From Camelus ferus (taxonomy: Eukaryota): 64,000 nucleotides of DNA. Numbering within the stretch: position 1 is the stretch's first letter; every line of letters begins with the position of its first letter. The notes beneath the pieces are model-generated. The model saw only the letters and a program-made list of their open reading frames with translations, searched no databases and was not told the origin of the DNA. Made by a program: the position numbers and the translations under genes. Location: contig NC_045697.1 in the NCBI RefSeq assembly GCF_009834535.1, forward strand, positions 113,152,001 to 113,216,000. The letters are read 5' to 3'. Positions 1 to 11,650 of this stretch are shown in pieces.

Positions 1-149
1 TGACCACTGCTTTTCTTTCTCTGACCAGGTGCTTACATAATGTAGGGTTTCCTGTATTTGGCCTGTGTCCCTCCTTTCTTCCCAATTCCTGCCATGTGGC
101 CTGTGTCCCATTTTCTCTGCTCATATCTAGCTATCTGCCTGCTCTAACA
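1..149 (-). mobile_element. 5' part of an LTR (ERV1/MER39-like by recall), cut by the window edge; same family as 62133-62790
   Basis: Reverse complement begins TGTTAGAGCAGGCAGATAGCTAGATA and aligns closely with 62133-62310. Confidence 0.8.
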
Positions 150-1736
150 GAAGTTCAAGTTTCTCAAGAGTTCTTCTGGTGAATTTAAAGTTCCTGGATA
201 GTCCCTAGACTTGACAGGGGCCGGACCCCACAGAGTGGAGAGCCCAGGCTCAGAACAAATTGGAGGATGTGGCTGAGATTCAATGAACCAGAGTCAGTGA
301 GTTTACAACGTCTTTGCCCGGGAGGCTTGTCGGGGCTGGACCCTCGGGCTCTGACCCTGCTACGAACACAGCACAGGCAGAGGTAACTCAGCGATCAGGC
401 AAGACTAATTACTTATCACCTGGAGTCAGGCAGGAACCCCCCCCAGAGCGCAAGTGTGGACCAGCAGCATCTTCCATTTCCCCCACGTGTGGGTGTCACC
501 TAGGGAAGGAGGGGCCAAAAGAAAGCCCCGGGGGCAAGACTGGCCTTTGAGTTGACTCAGTAATTACCAGAATTATCTATTACTTGAACACTGAAACAGT
601 TTCTTGTTTTGTTTAGTTGTTTTCCCTTATGAACAGGAATCAACATGGAGGACGGCTAAGTCAGTGATGGGACCTGAAGACAGCATTATTATTTTGCACA
701 TCTGAGCCTATGTGAAAATATTCAATTATTTTCAGGGACCCAGTTATATAAACAAACAAACAAACTGGTCAAAAGAAACAAAAAGCTCTAGTTGAAAAGA
801 CTGGCCTCAGTTTAGTAAGATAGCATATGAGACCTCAGTCCCAAAATAGTAAAAAATATATCAATCATTTTATTATCTTGGCCAAAAAAAATCAACTAGT
901 CTTTTTTATTCCCTGTAGAAATTTTAAGTATTTTTTTTTACCATTATTTAATACTTGGAAATACAGATATCATTTATCTTTCACATCTTAGAATATAAAA
1001 GAGGTATATGAAAACAATCTTTATTTGATAGTGTTAATATCATGGTATAAGTCTAGAAAAGATTTAAAAATCTGTTTTTAATTGATAAATTAACTGTATT
1101 ACTACGATTACTAAGGGATAAATTGACAATTTGACTTATTATCAATACTAGGAAGAAAGCATTTTCCTGTAGGAGTTCCAAAACTGTATCCAGAGTTAGT
1201 TAAAGTCATGACTTGGGTGTGTACCTGTTACTTAGTTATGGTTTGCTGGGCATACTAAAATATGGAAAATACTTTCTGTATTTTCACACACTAAATACTA
1301 AGAAGTCTGTGAAGTAAAAATGAAGATTAATAGATATTCTTCATACTGGAAATTAAACGGGCCCTAGTAAATTATTTTTGCTTATTATAATTTTGAAAAA
1401 CATACTGAGATGGTTAGAGCTAACTTTTATTTTAAGCAAGAACATACAATTCATTTGTTCACAAGACAAGCTGAAATAAAAAGTAATATAACTACTTTTT
1501 TTAATGGAATTACAGATTGGATTGACAATGACTTTATGCAGCTAAATGAATGCATCGGATTATAACGTATTAAAATTATCTTCCCTATATTATGAACTGA
1601 CATTCAAATCCAGAGATTTTATACATAAATAAAATTCCATGTGTTTAACAAAGTTTGTTTACTACCCATATATAGTCATTGTGAACATATTTGAGATGAT
1701 CCCAACGTTTGTTCTTCCCTCAGTAAACACAGAGAA

Positions 1737-3077
1737 TCACGACATATGAAGACAGTGTATAAGGGACATCAAATCAGCTTTGACCCCATTATTAAGAAAT
1801 CCGTATAGAATTGGATTGAGACAGCAGGACGTCATGCCTAACAAGTGACAGATACAGTACACCAGCTTGAAGTGCCTGTTTGAAATCAAGTTGTCGTTGA
1901 AGTCAGTCACCACGTGGAAAAGGTGCAGCGGCATCCAGCTAACGGCAAACACTAAAATCAGGACGGTCAGTCTGTAGAAGACACTCCGAGATCGCTTTTT
2001 TATCCTCATGATAGAACGGGTGACTCTCATCTCAGGAACATCCGAGTTTTCTTCGGGTTTCACCTCGAAGCAGGTGGGGACCCCGGGCATGAACTTACTG
2101 GATGAAGGCAGCTGACTTTTCGCGGAGCCAGGGAGTTCTGGAAACGCCCGGGGCCGGTTCTCCTGGGGAGGTCTTGCCGGAGCCGGGCGCACGCACGCTT
2201 TCCTCTTGCTGTATCTCCTCCTGTGTTTTCTGATGAACGAATAGCTCCACTTGCGGCTGCTGGACAGCTTCACCTGAGCCCCGCTCTTTTTGGAGGGGTG
2301 AAGAGTTAAGTTGATCATCGCATTTTCTTCTAGCTTGTTTTCTTTGTGGGCCAGTCCACAGCTGATGCTCCGGCAGACACTGGTATGGCTCACAGTCAGA
2401 CAAACTAGGGGCAGGATATACTGAACCAGCAATAAAGAGATAGTGAAAGCAATTCGGTAGGAATCCGACGGCCAGGACTCCACGCATAGGTACCGGCTGC
2501 TCAGCAAGGCGGTGCCAAACGTCTCCTGAAGTTCCACGAGGCTGTGAAACACTGGGAGGGGGGAACAAATCGCAAAACCTAGCGTCCAGACGGTGGCTAT
2601 CAGGAAATAGCCATGGTTGGCTGTCAGATGATTAGACACAGGATGCTTTATCATATGATACCTGACAATGGCAATCGATATTAATATTAACGTGGAGACC
2701 AGAACCGTCACACACTGCAGGAAAGGCATAATGTGACACATGACTTTGCCAAACATCCACTGATCCAGCAAGACAGAGGTCAGCGTGAAGGGTGAGCAGA
2801 ACAGCACAACCAGGATGTCGGAGAAGGCCAGATTCCCTATGAGGAAGTTGACCGTCGTCTTCTGATTTCGCTTTCTGATGAGGGCCATTAAAATAAGTAG
2901 ATTCCCCAGAAAACCAAGAAGACTTACAAATGTATAGAGTCCGATCAGGAAGTACTGCAAGTCATCGACACTGCTTTTATAGTCGTCCCAGACTGGGAAA
3001 TCCGAATTCCGAGTGCCAGCAGTATTGTTCTCTGCGGCAAGTGTCCTGTTATAAACATCCTTGAGTTCTGAATCCAT
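1737..3077 (-). CDS. NPY5R: Neuropeptide Y receptor type 5, 446 aa from MDSELKDVYN..., single coding exon
   Basis: 7-TM class A GPCR; Y5-typical WDDYKSSVDDLQYFLIGLY, AIVRYHMIKHP, very long ICL3, CCLNPILYGFLNNG. Splice acceptor TTTCCAGCAG at 3096-3087 just upstream of ATG 3077 (context AATATGG). Confidence 0.98.
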   Translation of the reverse strand: MDSELKDVYNRTLAAENNTAGTRNSDFPVWDDYKSSVDDLQYFLIGLYTFVSLLGFLGNLLILMALIRKRNQKTTVNFLIGNLAFSDILVVLFCSPFTLTSVLLDQWMFGKVMCHIMPFLQCVTVLVSTLILISIAIVRYHMIKHPVSNHLTANHGYFLIATVWTLGFAICSPLPVFHSLVELQETFGTALLSSRYLCVESWPSDSYRIAFTISLLLVQYILPLVCLTVSHTSVCRSISCGLAHKENKLEENAMINLTLHPSKKSGAQVKLSSSRKWSYSFIRKHRRRYSKRKACVRPAPARPPQENRPRAFPELPGSAKSQLPSSSKFMPGVPTCFEVKPEENSDVPEMRVTRSIMRIKKRSRSVFYRLTVLILVFAVSWMPLHLFHVVTDFNDNLISNRHFKLVYCICHLLGMTSCCLNPILYGFLNNGVKADLMSLIHCLHMS

Positions 3078-3222
3078 ATTAGACTCCTGCTGGAAATAGA
3101 AAGACATTAGTTGGCAACTTGAAAACAAATTACATGACTACTGTATATTAATCCACTAAGAAGAAAACAAAATTTCACAATCTGCTCCCATTACCTTATA
3201 AATCTCTTAAGAAAGTTTAGCG

Positions 3223-3322
3223 TTTTTTTCTTTTCTTTTCTTTTTTTCAGTAGAGGTACTGGGGATTGAACCGACCTTGCACATGCTAAGCACATGCTCT
3301 ACTACTGAGATATACCCCCACC
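3223..3322 (-). mobile_element. tRNA-derived SINE (Vic-1-like), short copy
   Basis: tRNA-Ala-like head on minus strand, T-rich tail, TSD AGTTTAGCG (3214)/AGTTTAGTG (3323). Confidence 0.85.
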
Positions 3323-4783
3323 AGTTTAGTGAGATCTTTAACTGGCTCCAAGTATAGTGCAAATACCAGACACTGATATGGCCAATGATAAATACAGTAA
3401 GTTTAAATCTATCATCACCTCTATGGGGTGTGTTAACTTGTGTTAAAATAGTAGACTTCGTTTTTCAAATTGATGTAGAAATAATGTAAGGGAAGGAAAA
3501 GGCAAATGTGGGTAAGAACCCAAGATCTCTATAATAGCTAATTAAGAGTGATCTCTATTCAAGGTACCTGATACAAACTGTAGTCACATAATCTTACCTT
3601 AAACATTCCTTCATTCCTTCCTTTCCTGCTTCAATCAAGGTCACACTTAAAAGTCATCTGAGCTAAAGTGTTCCCAGGGCTCTTCAACTAGACATGATCT
3701 TTCGGAAGCCCCACTTTCTTCCATTTATAGCTGTCTGATGCCACATGACCCAATTCGCTTTGCACTGCAATTACAAGGCAAACCTGTCTCCCTTATTTAT
3801 GTATAAGCAATGGAAAAGCAGAAACTGTCCCTTCTGCACTGTGGTATCTACCATAAAACACGGCCTGGTAACTTCACCATTCCAGGTGTTAAATAAATAT
3901 TTATAAGAACATGAAAAATTCAAACAAAAAAGTATTTATGGGAAGATGAAAAGTTCAAACAGAAGTTTAGTATCCTAAATATATCCAATTCATGAGGTCT
4001 TCAGATTTGAGCCTCTCAAATACAGAAACGCTAACCCAGAACCTACATGTATACAGTAGGCACTAAATAAATGTTTATCAAGTGGTACTGCTGACTATGT
4101 GAACACAATCCTGGTGAGCAAAATCATCCCATGAGCAATTCTCAGTCCTCTGAGACTTGCAGACTATCATAAATTAAACCACTGACCAGCTCAGCTGGCT
4201 TCTGTTTTTTTTTAAGTTAAAAATTACCTGTTTGTCTTTTTATTTAAAAATTGAAAATAAATTTCAGCTTTAAAAAGACAGAATAAATTCATGTTGTTTA
4301 AGGAAAATATCATAGCATAACATTAAATGTAGCTGTGATATTGATATAAAAATCCCATAATAAGTGTTTTCATTTCAAGGAAATTAATACTGTAATATTA
4401 TTAATGACACATACCACTACATATATAAGCGATCTGGCAGTATTGTCAAATGAAGGACAAAACTGCCTAGAATACACCAGTAAGCGGCAAAAGGGATGTC
4501 TCCTCCCCTTTAAAAAAGCAAGCACTTCCATTTTTTTTTTAACAATAACATCTTACAGAATACTCAGGACAGCAACAGTTAATTAATTCTGATGAATATA
4601 CATCGTTATAGAGATCTTGAAATATAGAGAGTTTATAAAAAGCATTTTCCCTACATATTGATATATGTTTATCAACCTGTTTCTAAATCAATAGTTGGAT
4701 AATTATACTTAAAATTGTAAAAATCCATATCTATTTACATTAATAGTAAACACTAGTATCTTTAATTTATAAGGGATGTCTAA

Positions 4784-4934
4784 GGGGGGAGGGTATAGCT
4801 CAGTGGTGGAGTGCATGCTTAGCATGCATGAGGTCAGGGGTTCGATCCCCCACACTTCCGTTCAGTAAAACAATAAGAATAATAAGTAAACCTAATTACC
4901 TCCTCCCCTAAAAAAAACCCCACAAATAAATAAA
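4784..4934 (+). mobile_element. tRNA-derived SINE (Vic-1-like)
   Basis: GGGGGGAGGGTATAGCTCAGTGG...GGTTCGATCCCC (Pol III A/B boxes), then AAACCTAATTACCTCC body and A-rich tail. Confidence 0.9.
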
Positions 4935-5369
4935 TACACATAAGGAACTTGTAAGTCCTGCTCCAGTACATTTCTAAATAGAAAATTGTATTGTGTACAT
5001 ACATTCATCACAAATAACTTTAATTTCAAGTTTATATACAGCAATCTTCATACAGGATGATATAAGCATCGTTGCACCATGGGAAAACTTTAAAGTTTTA
5101 GTTTTCCATAACTTCTACACCTGAGTCTATGTTGACTGAATTTCTGAAAGCTAATTACATCCCTTTCGAGATAAATGAATTCAAGAGCTCAGGAACTTAC
5201 TCATTTATTCTTAGACCCTAACCAATGATTTACACTGATGCAGCCTCAAGTTAAAAAGGAGAACTGGGGCAGAAGTCAGTCCACCTAGCTTGCTCACCAT
5301 CCTATTTACATGAATCATGTGCACAGCCCATTTGTTACCATGATCCTGCGTCATCTTCTCTTGACTCAC

Positions 5370-5421
5370 TTTTGGGAAACAATCCTTTTTCATTGTTCAT
5401 AGGAGTTACTGATTGCCTCCC
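5370..5421 (-). other. NPY5R: Putative NPY5R 5'UTR exon immediately upstream of the coding exon
   Basis: Minus strand: pyrimidine tract ...CCTACCTTGGTCAG acceptor (AG 5423-5422) and AAAA|GTGAGT donor (5369); resembles the recalled human NPY5R leader (AAAGGATTG..AAA). Donor more certain than acceptor. Confidence 0.6.
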
Positions 5422-6004
5422 CTGACCAAGGTAGGAACAAGAAAGGACAAGAGAGAAACAGGCTAGTAGGTGCCATGATGGCTTGGCACTTTCTTGCCAC
5501 ATGTAACTGAAGGGTAACACCCCTTGAGAAGAAAATATTACTGTCTGAAGTCTGAAGTAAGGGGATACACAGCAGAGTTTGTGCTAATTAAAACAGTATG
5601 GTTTTGAGTCGAAAATTCAGAGTACCTTCAATGTCTCTGGTTTGTCCTCTGTGAGACTCCAATGGAGAGAAGGGGAAATGACTTAATTATGTTCATGATA
5701 CTAACGCTGCCTAACAGAGTGCTCTATACATGTGGAGGCTAAGTAAATGTGTGTTGCTGATCATTTTAGAAGAGTAGTTTAATTTTCTTAGCTTTAAAGT
5801 AACAGAAATGAATCATCCTGGGAAAATGGGCAAATTTAGGATAGACCATGACTATATGGGTATATATGTATATATATATATATGTGTCTGTTTACATATA
5901 CATATATATTAGAACCACTGAAATTAGACAAGGTTTCAAATGGCCCCAAAAAGAAATGAAGAGCACCTACATAGGCAACTGTGACAATTTAGCACTTTAA
6001 AATT

Positions 6005-6106
6005 CTATTTTATTTAAAAATTTTTTTAATGGAAGTCCTAGGGATTGAACCCAGGACCTTGTGTATGCTAAGCATGAACTCTACCACTGAACTATTCCCA
6101 TGGCCC
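6005..6106 (-). mobile_element. tRNA-derived SINE (Vic-1-like)
   Basis: GGGATTGAACCCAGGACCTTGTGTATGCTAAGCATG..CTCTACCACTGAACTA is the reverse complement of the SINE head. Confidence 0.85.
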
Positions 6107-6129
6107 TAGCACTGCAGCATTTTAAATTA

Positions 6130-6172
6130 TAGGTATTTCTCATTCTATAGTGCTTTATTTTATTCCACTTAT

Positions 6173-6229
<57 letters not shown>

Positions 6230-8506
6230 TTTTTAACAAATTGACAACCCTGCAGAGAGCAAGTTTATCGTTACCATTTTTCCAACAGCACGTGCTCACT
6301 TTGTGTCTCTGTCACACTTTGGTAATGCTCTCAGTATTTCAAATTGTTCATTATTATTTTATTTGTTATGGTGCTCTGTGATCAGTGACCTTTGATGTAC
6401 TACTGTAATTGCTTTGGGGGCACCATGGACTGCAGCCACATGGGCAACTTAATCCATATATGTCATGCATCCTCACTGCTCCATTGACCTGCCATTCCCC
6501 ATCTCTCTTCCTGTCCTCAGGCCTCCCTATTCCTTGAGACACAATATTGAAATTAAGCCAATTAATAACCCTACAGTGGCCTCTAAGAGTTCAAGTGAAA
6601 GGAAGAGTCACACGTCTCTCACTTTAATCCAAAAGCTAAAAACGATTAAGCTTAGGAGGGCACATTGGAAGCTGAGATAGGCCAAAAGCTAGGGCTCTTG
6701 AACCAAACAGTTGAAGCTGTGAATGCAAAGGAAACATTCTTGAAGAAAACTGACAATGCTATTCCAGAGAACACACAGTGATAGGAAAGCAAACAGCCTT
6801 TTCACTGAGATGGAGAAAGTGTGAGTGGTCTGGGTAGAAGATCCAATCAGTCATAACATTCCCTTAAGCCAAAGCCTAACCGAGAGCAAGGCCCCAACTC
6901 CCTTCCACTCTACGAAGGCAGAGAGAGCTGAGGAAGCTGCAGAAGAGAAGTCTGAAGCTGGCAGAGGTTGGTTCATGAGGTTCAAGGTAAGAAGCTGTCT
7001 CCATGATGTGAATATGCAAGGCGAGGCAGCCAGTGGTGATGCAGAAGCTGCAAGTTATCCAGGAGATCTAGCTAATTCATGAAGGTAGCTACGCTCAACA
7101 AGATCTTCAGTGTAAGCAAAACGATCTTCCACTGGAAGAAGATGCGCTCTAGGACTTTCATAGCTGGAGAGGAGAAGTCAATGCCTGGCTTCCAAGCTTC
7201 AAAGGACGGGCTGACCCTTTTGTAGGGGCTAATGCAGCTGGTGACTTTAAGTTGAGCCAGTGCTCATTTACCACCTGAAAATCCTAGGGCCAATCAGAAT
7301 GATGCTAAATTTACCCTGCTTAGGCTCTGTACATGGAATACCAAAGCCTAGATGACAGACAGCACGGTTTACTAAATGTTTTAGGCCCACTATGGAGATC
7401 TATTGTTTAGGAAAAAAAAAAATAAGATTACTTTCAAAATATGACTGCTCACTGACAATGCACTTGGTCACTCAAGAGCTCTGACAGAGACGTAGATTAC
7501 CGTCGTGTCCTTGCCTGCTAACACAGCATCCATTCTGCAGCCCGTGAAAGAAGGAGTGATTTTGATTTTCAAGTCTTAATACATGTTTCATAAGCTGCAG
7601 CTGTCGCAGATAGTGATTCCTTGGGTGGATCTGGGCAAAGTCAATTGAAAACCTTCTGGAAAGGATTCCCCATTCTAGATGCCATTAAGAACATTTGTGA
7701 TTCATGGGAAGAGGTCAAAATATCAACATGAATGAGAGTTTGGAAGAAGTTGATTTCAACCCACGTGGATGACACTGAGGGGTTCAAGAGTTCGGTGGTG
7801 GAAGTCACTGCAGATGTGGTGGAAATAGCAAGAGAACTTGAATTAGAAGTGGAGCCCAAAGATGTGACTGAATGGCTGCCATCTCATGATAAAACTTTAA
7901 TGGATGAGGAGTTGTTTCTTATAGAAGAGCAAAGAAAGTGGTTTCCTGAGATGGACTCTACTCTTGGTGACGATGCTGTGAAGACTGTGAAATGACATCA
8001 GAGGATTTAGAATATTCCATCAACTTAGTTGATAAAACAGCATCAGGGTCTGCAAGGCTCCAATTTTGAAAAAGTTTCTAAATGTGGGTAAAATGCCATC
8101 AAACAGCATTGCATGCTACAGAGAAATCATTCCCGAAAGGAAGAGTCAATCAATGTAGCAAACTTCACTGTTGTTCTTATTGTAAGAAATTGCTTTAGCT
8201 GCCCAGCTTACAGCAACCACCACCCTCATCAGTTAGCAGCCACCAACACCAAAGCAAGACCCTCTACCAGCAAAAAGATTACCCTCGCTGAGGGCTCAGA
8301 TGATGGTTAGCACTTTTTAGCAACAAAGTGTTTTAACATTAAGGTGTGTACATTGTTTTCTTTAGACATAAATGCTATTGCACACTTAACCGACCACAGT
8401 CTAGAGTAAACAGACTTTTATATGCACTGGGAAACCCAAAATTTACATGACTCACTTTATTGCGATGGTCTGGAACCGAACATGTAATATCTCTGAGGTC
8501 TGCCCG
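6130..8506 (+). mobile_element. Near full-length decayed Tigger1 (TcMar-Tigger/pogo) DNA transposon with disrupted transposase
   Basis: TA at 6128-6129, degenerate TIRs (TAGGTATTTCTC... / ...GAGGTCTGCCCG); transposase fragments in several frames: [37 protein letters not shown]...[27 protein letters not shown]; start codon appears as GTG at 6576. Confidence 0.93.
6173..6234. repeat. Compound (TG)n(TA)n(T)n microsatellite inside the Tigger1 5' end
   Basis: Direct reading. Confidence 0.95.
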
Positions 8507-9594
8507 TCAGTATCTTCACTGATAAAGGCTCATACAGCAACATAAAACTGAAATAGCAAAAAATATTTACGACATGTCTTTTATTGAAAGGACAAAGAAG
8601 CACATCAGATTGCAGAGTTGGTCGCTAATACTTTTCTATGATGAAATATGCACATAATATATTGAATTCATTAAATTATAAAGACCACTGCCCTGTTAGT
8701 AAGCAGATGAAGGAAATGCCATCCTGAGTATTCACTGGATACAGGAAAAACTGAGGGCAAGGAGTCTTTCCTTCCCTAAAAAAATGCTAATTTATACATA
8801 ATTTTAAAGGGGGAGCTCCCTTCGTTAATGAATAGCTAAGAAAGATCAGTGGTCCCTTCCTTTATTCATTCAACGTACATTTATTGAACATCTAATATGC
8901 CAAGTGTTGGTCAGGCTCCGGTGGAGTAAAGATAACTAACACAAGGTACCGTGTGAGGAATATTCTAAGAGATTAATTCAAGGTTCCCAGTGAGTAATTA
9001 CCAACTGCAAGTGCCTGGGAAATTGAAGTCTCTAGGTGGATGATGGTGAATGAATGAATGAATGAATGAACGGCATTCTCCTGATGGTCTTGTTTCATGA
9101 ACTCTGGAATTGTTGCCGAATACCACGAATACTTACTCGGACTTATTGATAGATTGATATCATTTTCCCCTTATGCTTTTGTCTCACCTAACATTCATTT
9201 ATTCATTTAATATTCATTCCTTCATTTTACTTGGACATGACTACATAGTTAACCTTTCCCTGTTCTTTCACTAGCCCCACTCGGCCCCATCTACAAACAA
9301 CACCTAATATCCCGTGCTCTGCACTGAAGGAGCAGTCTGTCAGTCTGCTCAGATGAATGACTTCTTACAACCAAATAATGGATATTGCAAATAAAGGGGG
9401 AGTGGTAAGGAGGGAACGCTAAGTTGTTTCTTTAAAATTGCCTCCTTGTAGCCAGCCAGCATTTTATACATTAAGAAAATTCTGTCCACTAAGATCCAAG
9501 TCTTCTGTTCTCTTAAATCGAAAAATCTATGGTAGAGGAATAACTTTAAAATGAAAGAAAAAAAAGCGCAAAGGATTTCTTTCCCTAAACTTAC

Positions 9595-9635
9595 CCCTTC
9601 ACTTCCTTTTTTCCTGAAAAGCACAAAAAGCAAGC
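9595..9635 (-). other. NPY5R: Putative 41-bp NPY5R 5'UTR exon
   Basis: Minus strand TTTCCTCTATAG|GCTTGCTTTTTGTGCTTTTCAGGAAAAAAGGAAGTGAAGGG|GTAAGT: canonical acceptor and consensus donor; similar to the recalled human NPY5R leader. Confidence 0.7.
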
Positions 9636-10479
9636 CTATAGAGGAAATGTAAATCTCTTTAATGATTATCTGCTTTTCAACACGTGTTATAATGAACGTT
9701 GCACAATTTTAAGCCACCTAAATATTTTATATATAACAAATGTTAAATGTAAACTTCTCTTCATCTCAGATCATTAGAGAAATTCTGAAATATAGCTAAA
9801 GAGAGAATGTTTTAAAAAATGAACTGCTATTTTAGAAGTCTGACACTGACTATGTGAAACCTTTGTGGTGCCTAATTACCAGATTTTGATCTTCTTTTTT
9901 AGATCTAGTTTTAACCCCCACCCCCACCCATCAGAATTCCCAGGCTGAAACATCAAACTTTAATCCTCTGATTAAAAAGTGGAAAAAAAAGTTATTGGTC
10001 AAATTGTGGAGAGTCTTTAAAAAGATTGTAAAGACATTGTAATTTTTTCATATTAAAATGTTTTATAAAAATTGATCTATATGTGACACCAAGACAAATG
10101 AAATCCTGTAAATAGACTTTAAATATGTTAAGTAGATAGCTGTTGAAAAGAATAATGGAAGAAACTACTGCATGAACTCAAAGGATACTGCAAGACTGAG
10201 CTTGTATATTGAAACAAGGTCTCTTTCTCTGTTAGGCTCATTTCCTGCCTTATGAAAATGCACATCTTCCTTCTCAAAAATGATGCTCATCACACAAAAG
10301 AATAAAATACAGGTATTTTTTTTTTCTCCTCTAACCATGATAAAATAGCAACCATTGCCTACTTTGCCGTGATCCCGGAACAATGGCGAGATTCCACGTT
10401 CTCAAATATTCCCATGATTTATTTTAAAGCCAGAATCTGCCAAAATTTGAATCGGAAAGATAAATACAGCTCCGCTCTG

Positions 10480-11650
10480 CCGATAACCACGCCAGCACGC
10501 GCCACCCTCTCTTCTCGTTTCTAACAGCAGAGTTGCTCTTCCCTTGAGAAATCTGAAATTTAAAAATTGCATTTGGGCTGCAAATTCTGCTGAGAGCGCC
10601 TTAGGCGATTTCCGCCGTCTACCGTCAAGTCTTTGGGCTTCGATCCAACACGGTGGTTGGGTTCCTTTAAAAGGCAACCGAAAGGTCCGCAAGCTCGGGG
10701 ATAAATTCCCGGTTTCGGAATTCGCGGCGCAGGGCTGTGTCACGGCGGCACCTGGTCCCGGAGCGGAGACCGGGTAGCGGCGGGCGGCGAGGCAGGTGGC
10801 CGGCGCCCCAGGACCCCCCGGGGACCCCGCGGGGACCCCGGCCCCGAGCGCTGCAGAGCCGCCCGGAGTTCGCCCTCCCAGCGGGCTGCATCCTCCCCGG
10901 CTCCGGCCGGACCCCCGACACTCTCCTCCCGCTCGGCCCTGCCCGCCCACCCGGGGGGACGCCTGCCCCTCGCCGGCGCCCCGCCAGCTCCCTCCGCGCC
11001 TGAGAGTCGCCCGTTCCCCCGCCGGGACCCCCGCCCCCACCCACGGCCCTTCCCGTACCTCGGGGCGCCCCGGCTCCCGGGATCCCGGCCGCTTCTGCGC
11101 TCGGCGGCGGCGGGGACCCGGACGGGGGGCGCCCGGCACGTGACTGAGCCCGCGGGGACCCGGGACCCCGCTCCCCGAGCCCGGCGCGGGGCGCCCCCTA
11201 CCTTCGGGTGGGCCAAGGAGGGGCGGGGGCCTCTGGCACCCGGTCTCCCAGGCCGGGCCCGCCGAGGCCGCGTGGGCCGGGCGCGCAGGGAAGTCAGGGT
11301 GCGGAGCCGGCGTGGTCGCGGTGCGCGCGGAGCCCGGGCGCCCCCAGAAAGCTTCAGGGCTCAGGTTTTCTCTTTGTTCGGGGAATAAAAAAGATGATAA
11401 TAATAAAAACCCCAACCAAAGCAGAGTACTGCTCTTTCTCGCACCTTTTGTAGCGAGGCGGGGAGGCGTCCGGGCAGGGGTCGGCCTGCGCCGGCGGGGA
11501 CGCGGGGACGCGGGGGCGCGGAGACGCCCGGGCGAACGGGGACCGGGTTCCTCCCGGCGCCGCGGGGACGAGGCGTGGGCGCGGGGCGGGCGGGGAGGGA
11601 GCGGAGCCCACGCTTCTCCCCGCTGCGCGGCGGTGAAAGAGGACGGGGGT
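10480..11650. promoter_or_regulatory. CpG island: NPY5R promoter/first exon(s), probably also a distal NPY1R promoter
   Basis: Very GC/CpG-dense against an AT-rich background; GC boxes at 11581-11600; minus-strand donors GAG|GTACGG (11058) and AAG|GTAGGG (11201); plus-strand GTATGT at 11733. Confidence 0.9.

Noticed and set aside
212..598. GC-richer TG...CA-bounded segment (possible solo LTR) with a 78-aa ORF
   Set aside because: No TSD found and family not recognised; the ORF starts at TTG and resembles no known protein
2095..2568. 157-aa alternative-frame ORF within NPY5R
   Set aside because: Non-ATG start; expected stop depletion in a GC-rich CDS
2650..2672. Non-canonical IVRY instead of DRY in NPY5R
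   Set aside because: Normal for Y5 receptors, not a lesion
3078..3128. 463-aa version of the NPY5R ORF
   Set aside because: The extension begins at a TTG and crosses the splice acceptor; it is intronic read-through
4784..4862. tRNA-Ala(AGC)-like sequence (also at 41875 and 53699)
   Set aside because: Broken stems, SINE body, A-tail and TSDs in family members show these are SINEs, not tRNA genes
6465..8310. Possible domesticated TIGD-like transposase gene
   Set aside because: Lost ATG, multiple frameshifts and stops
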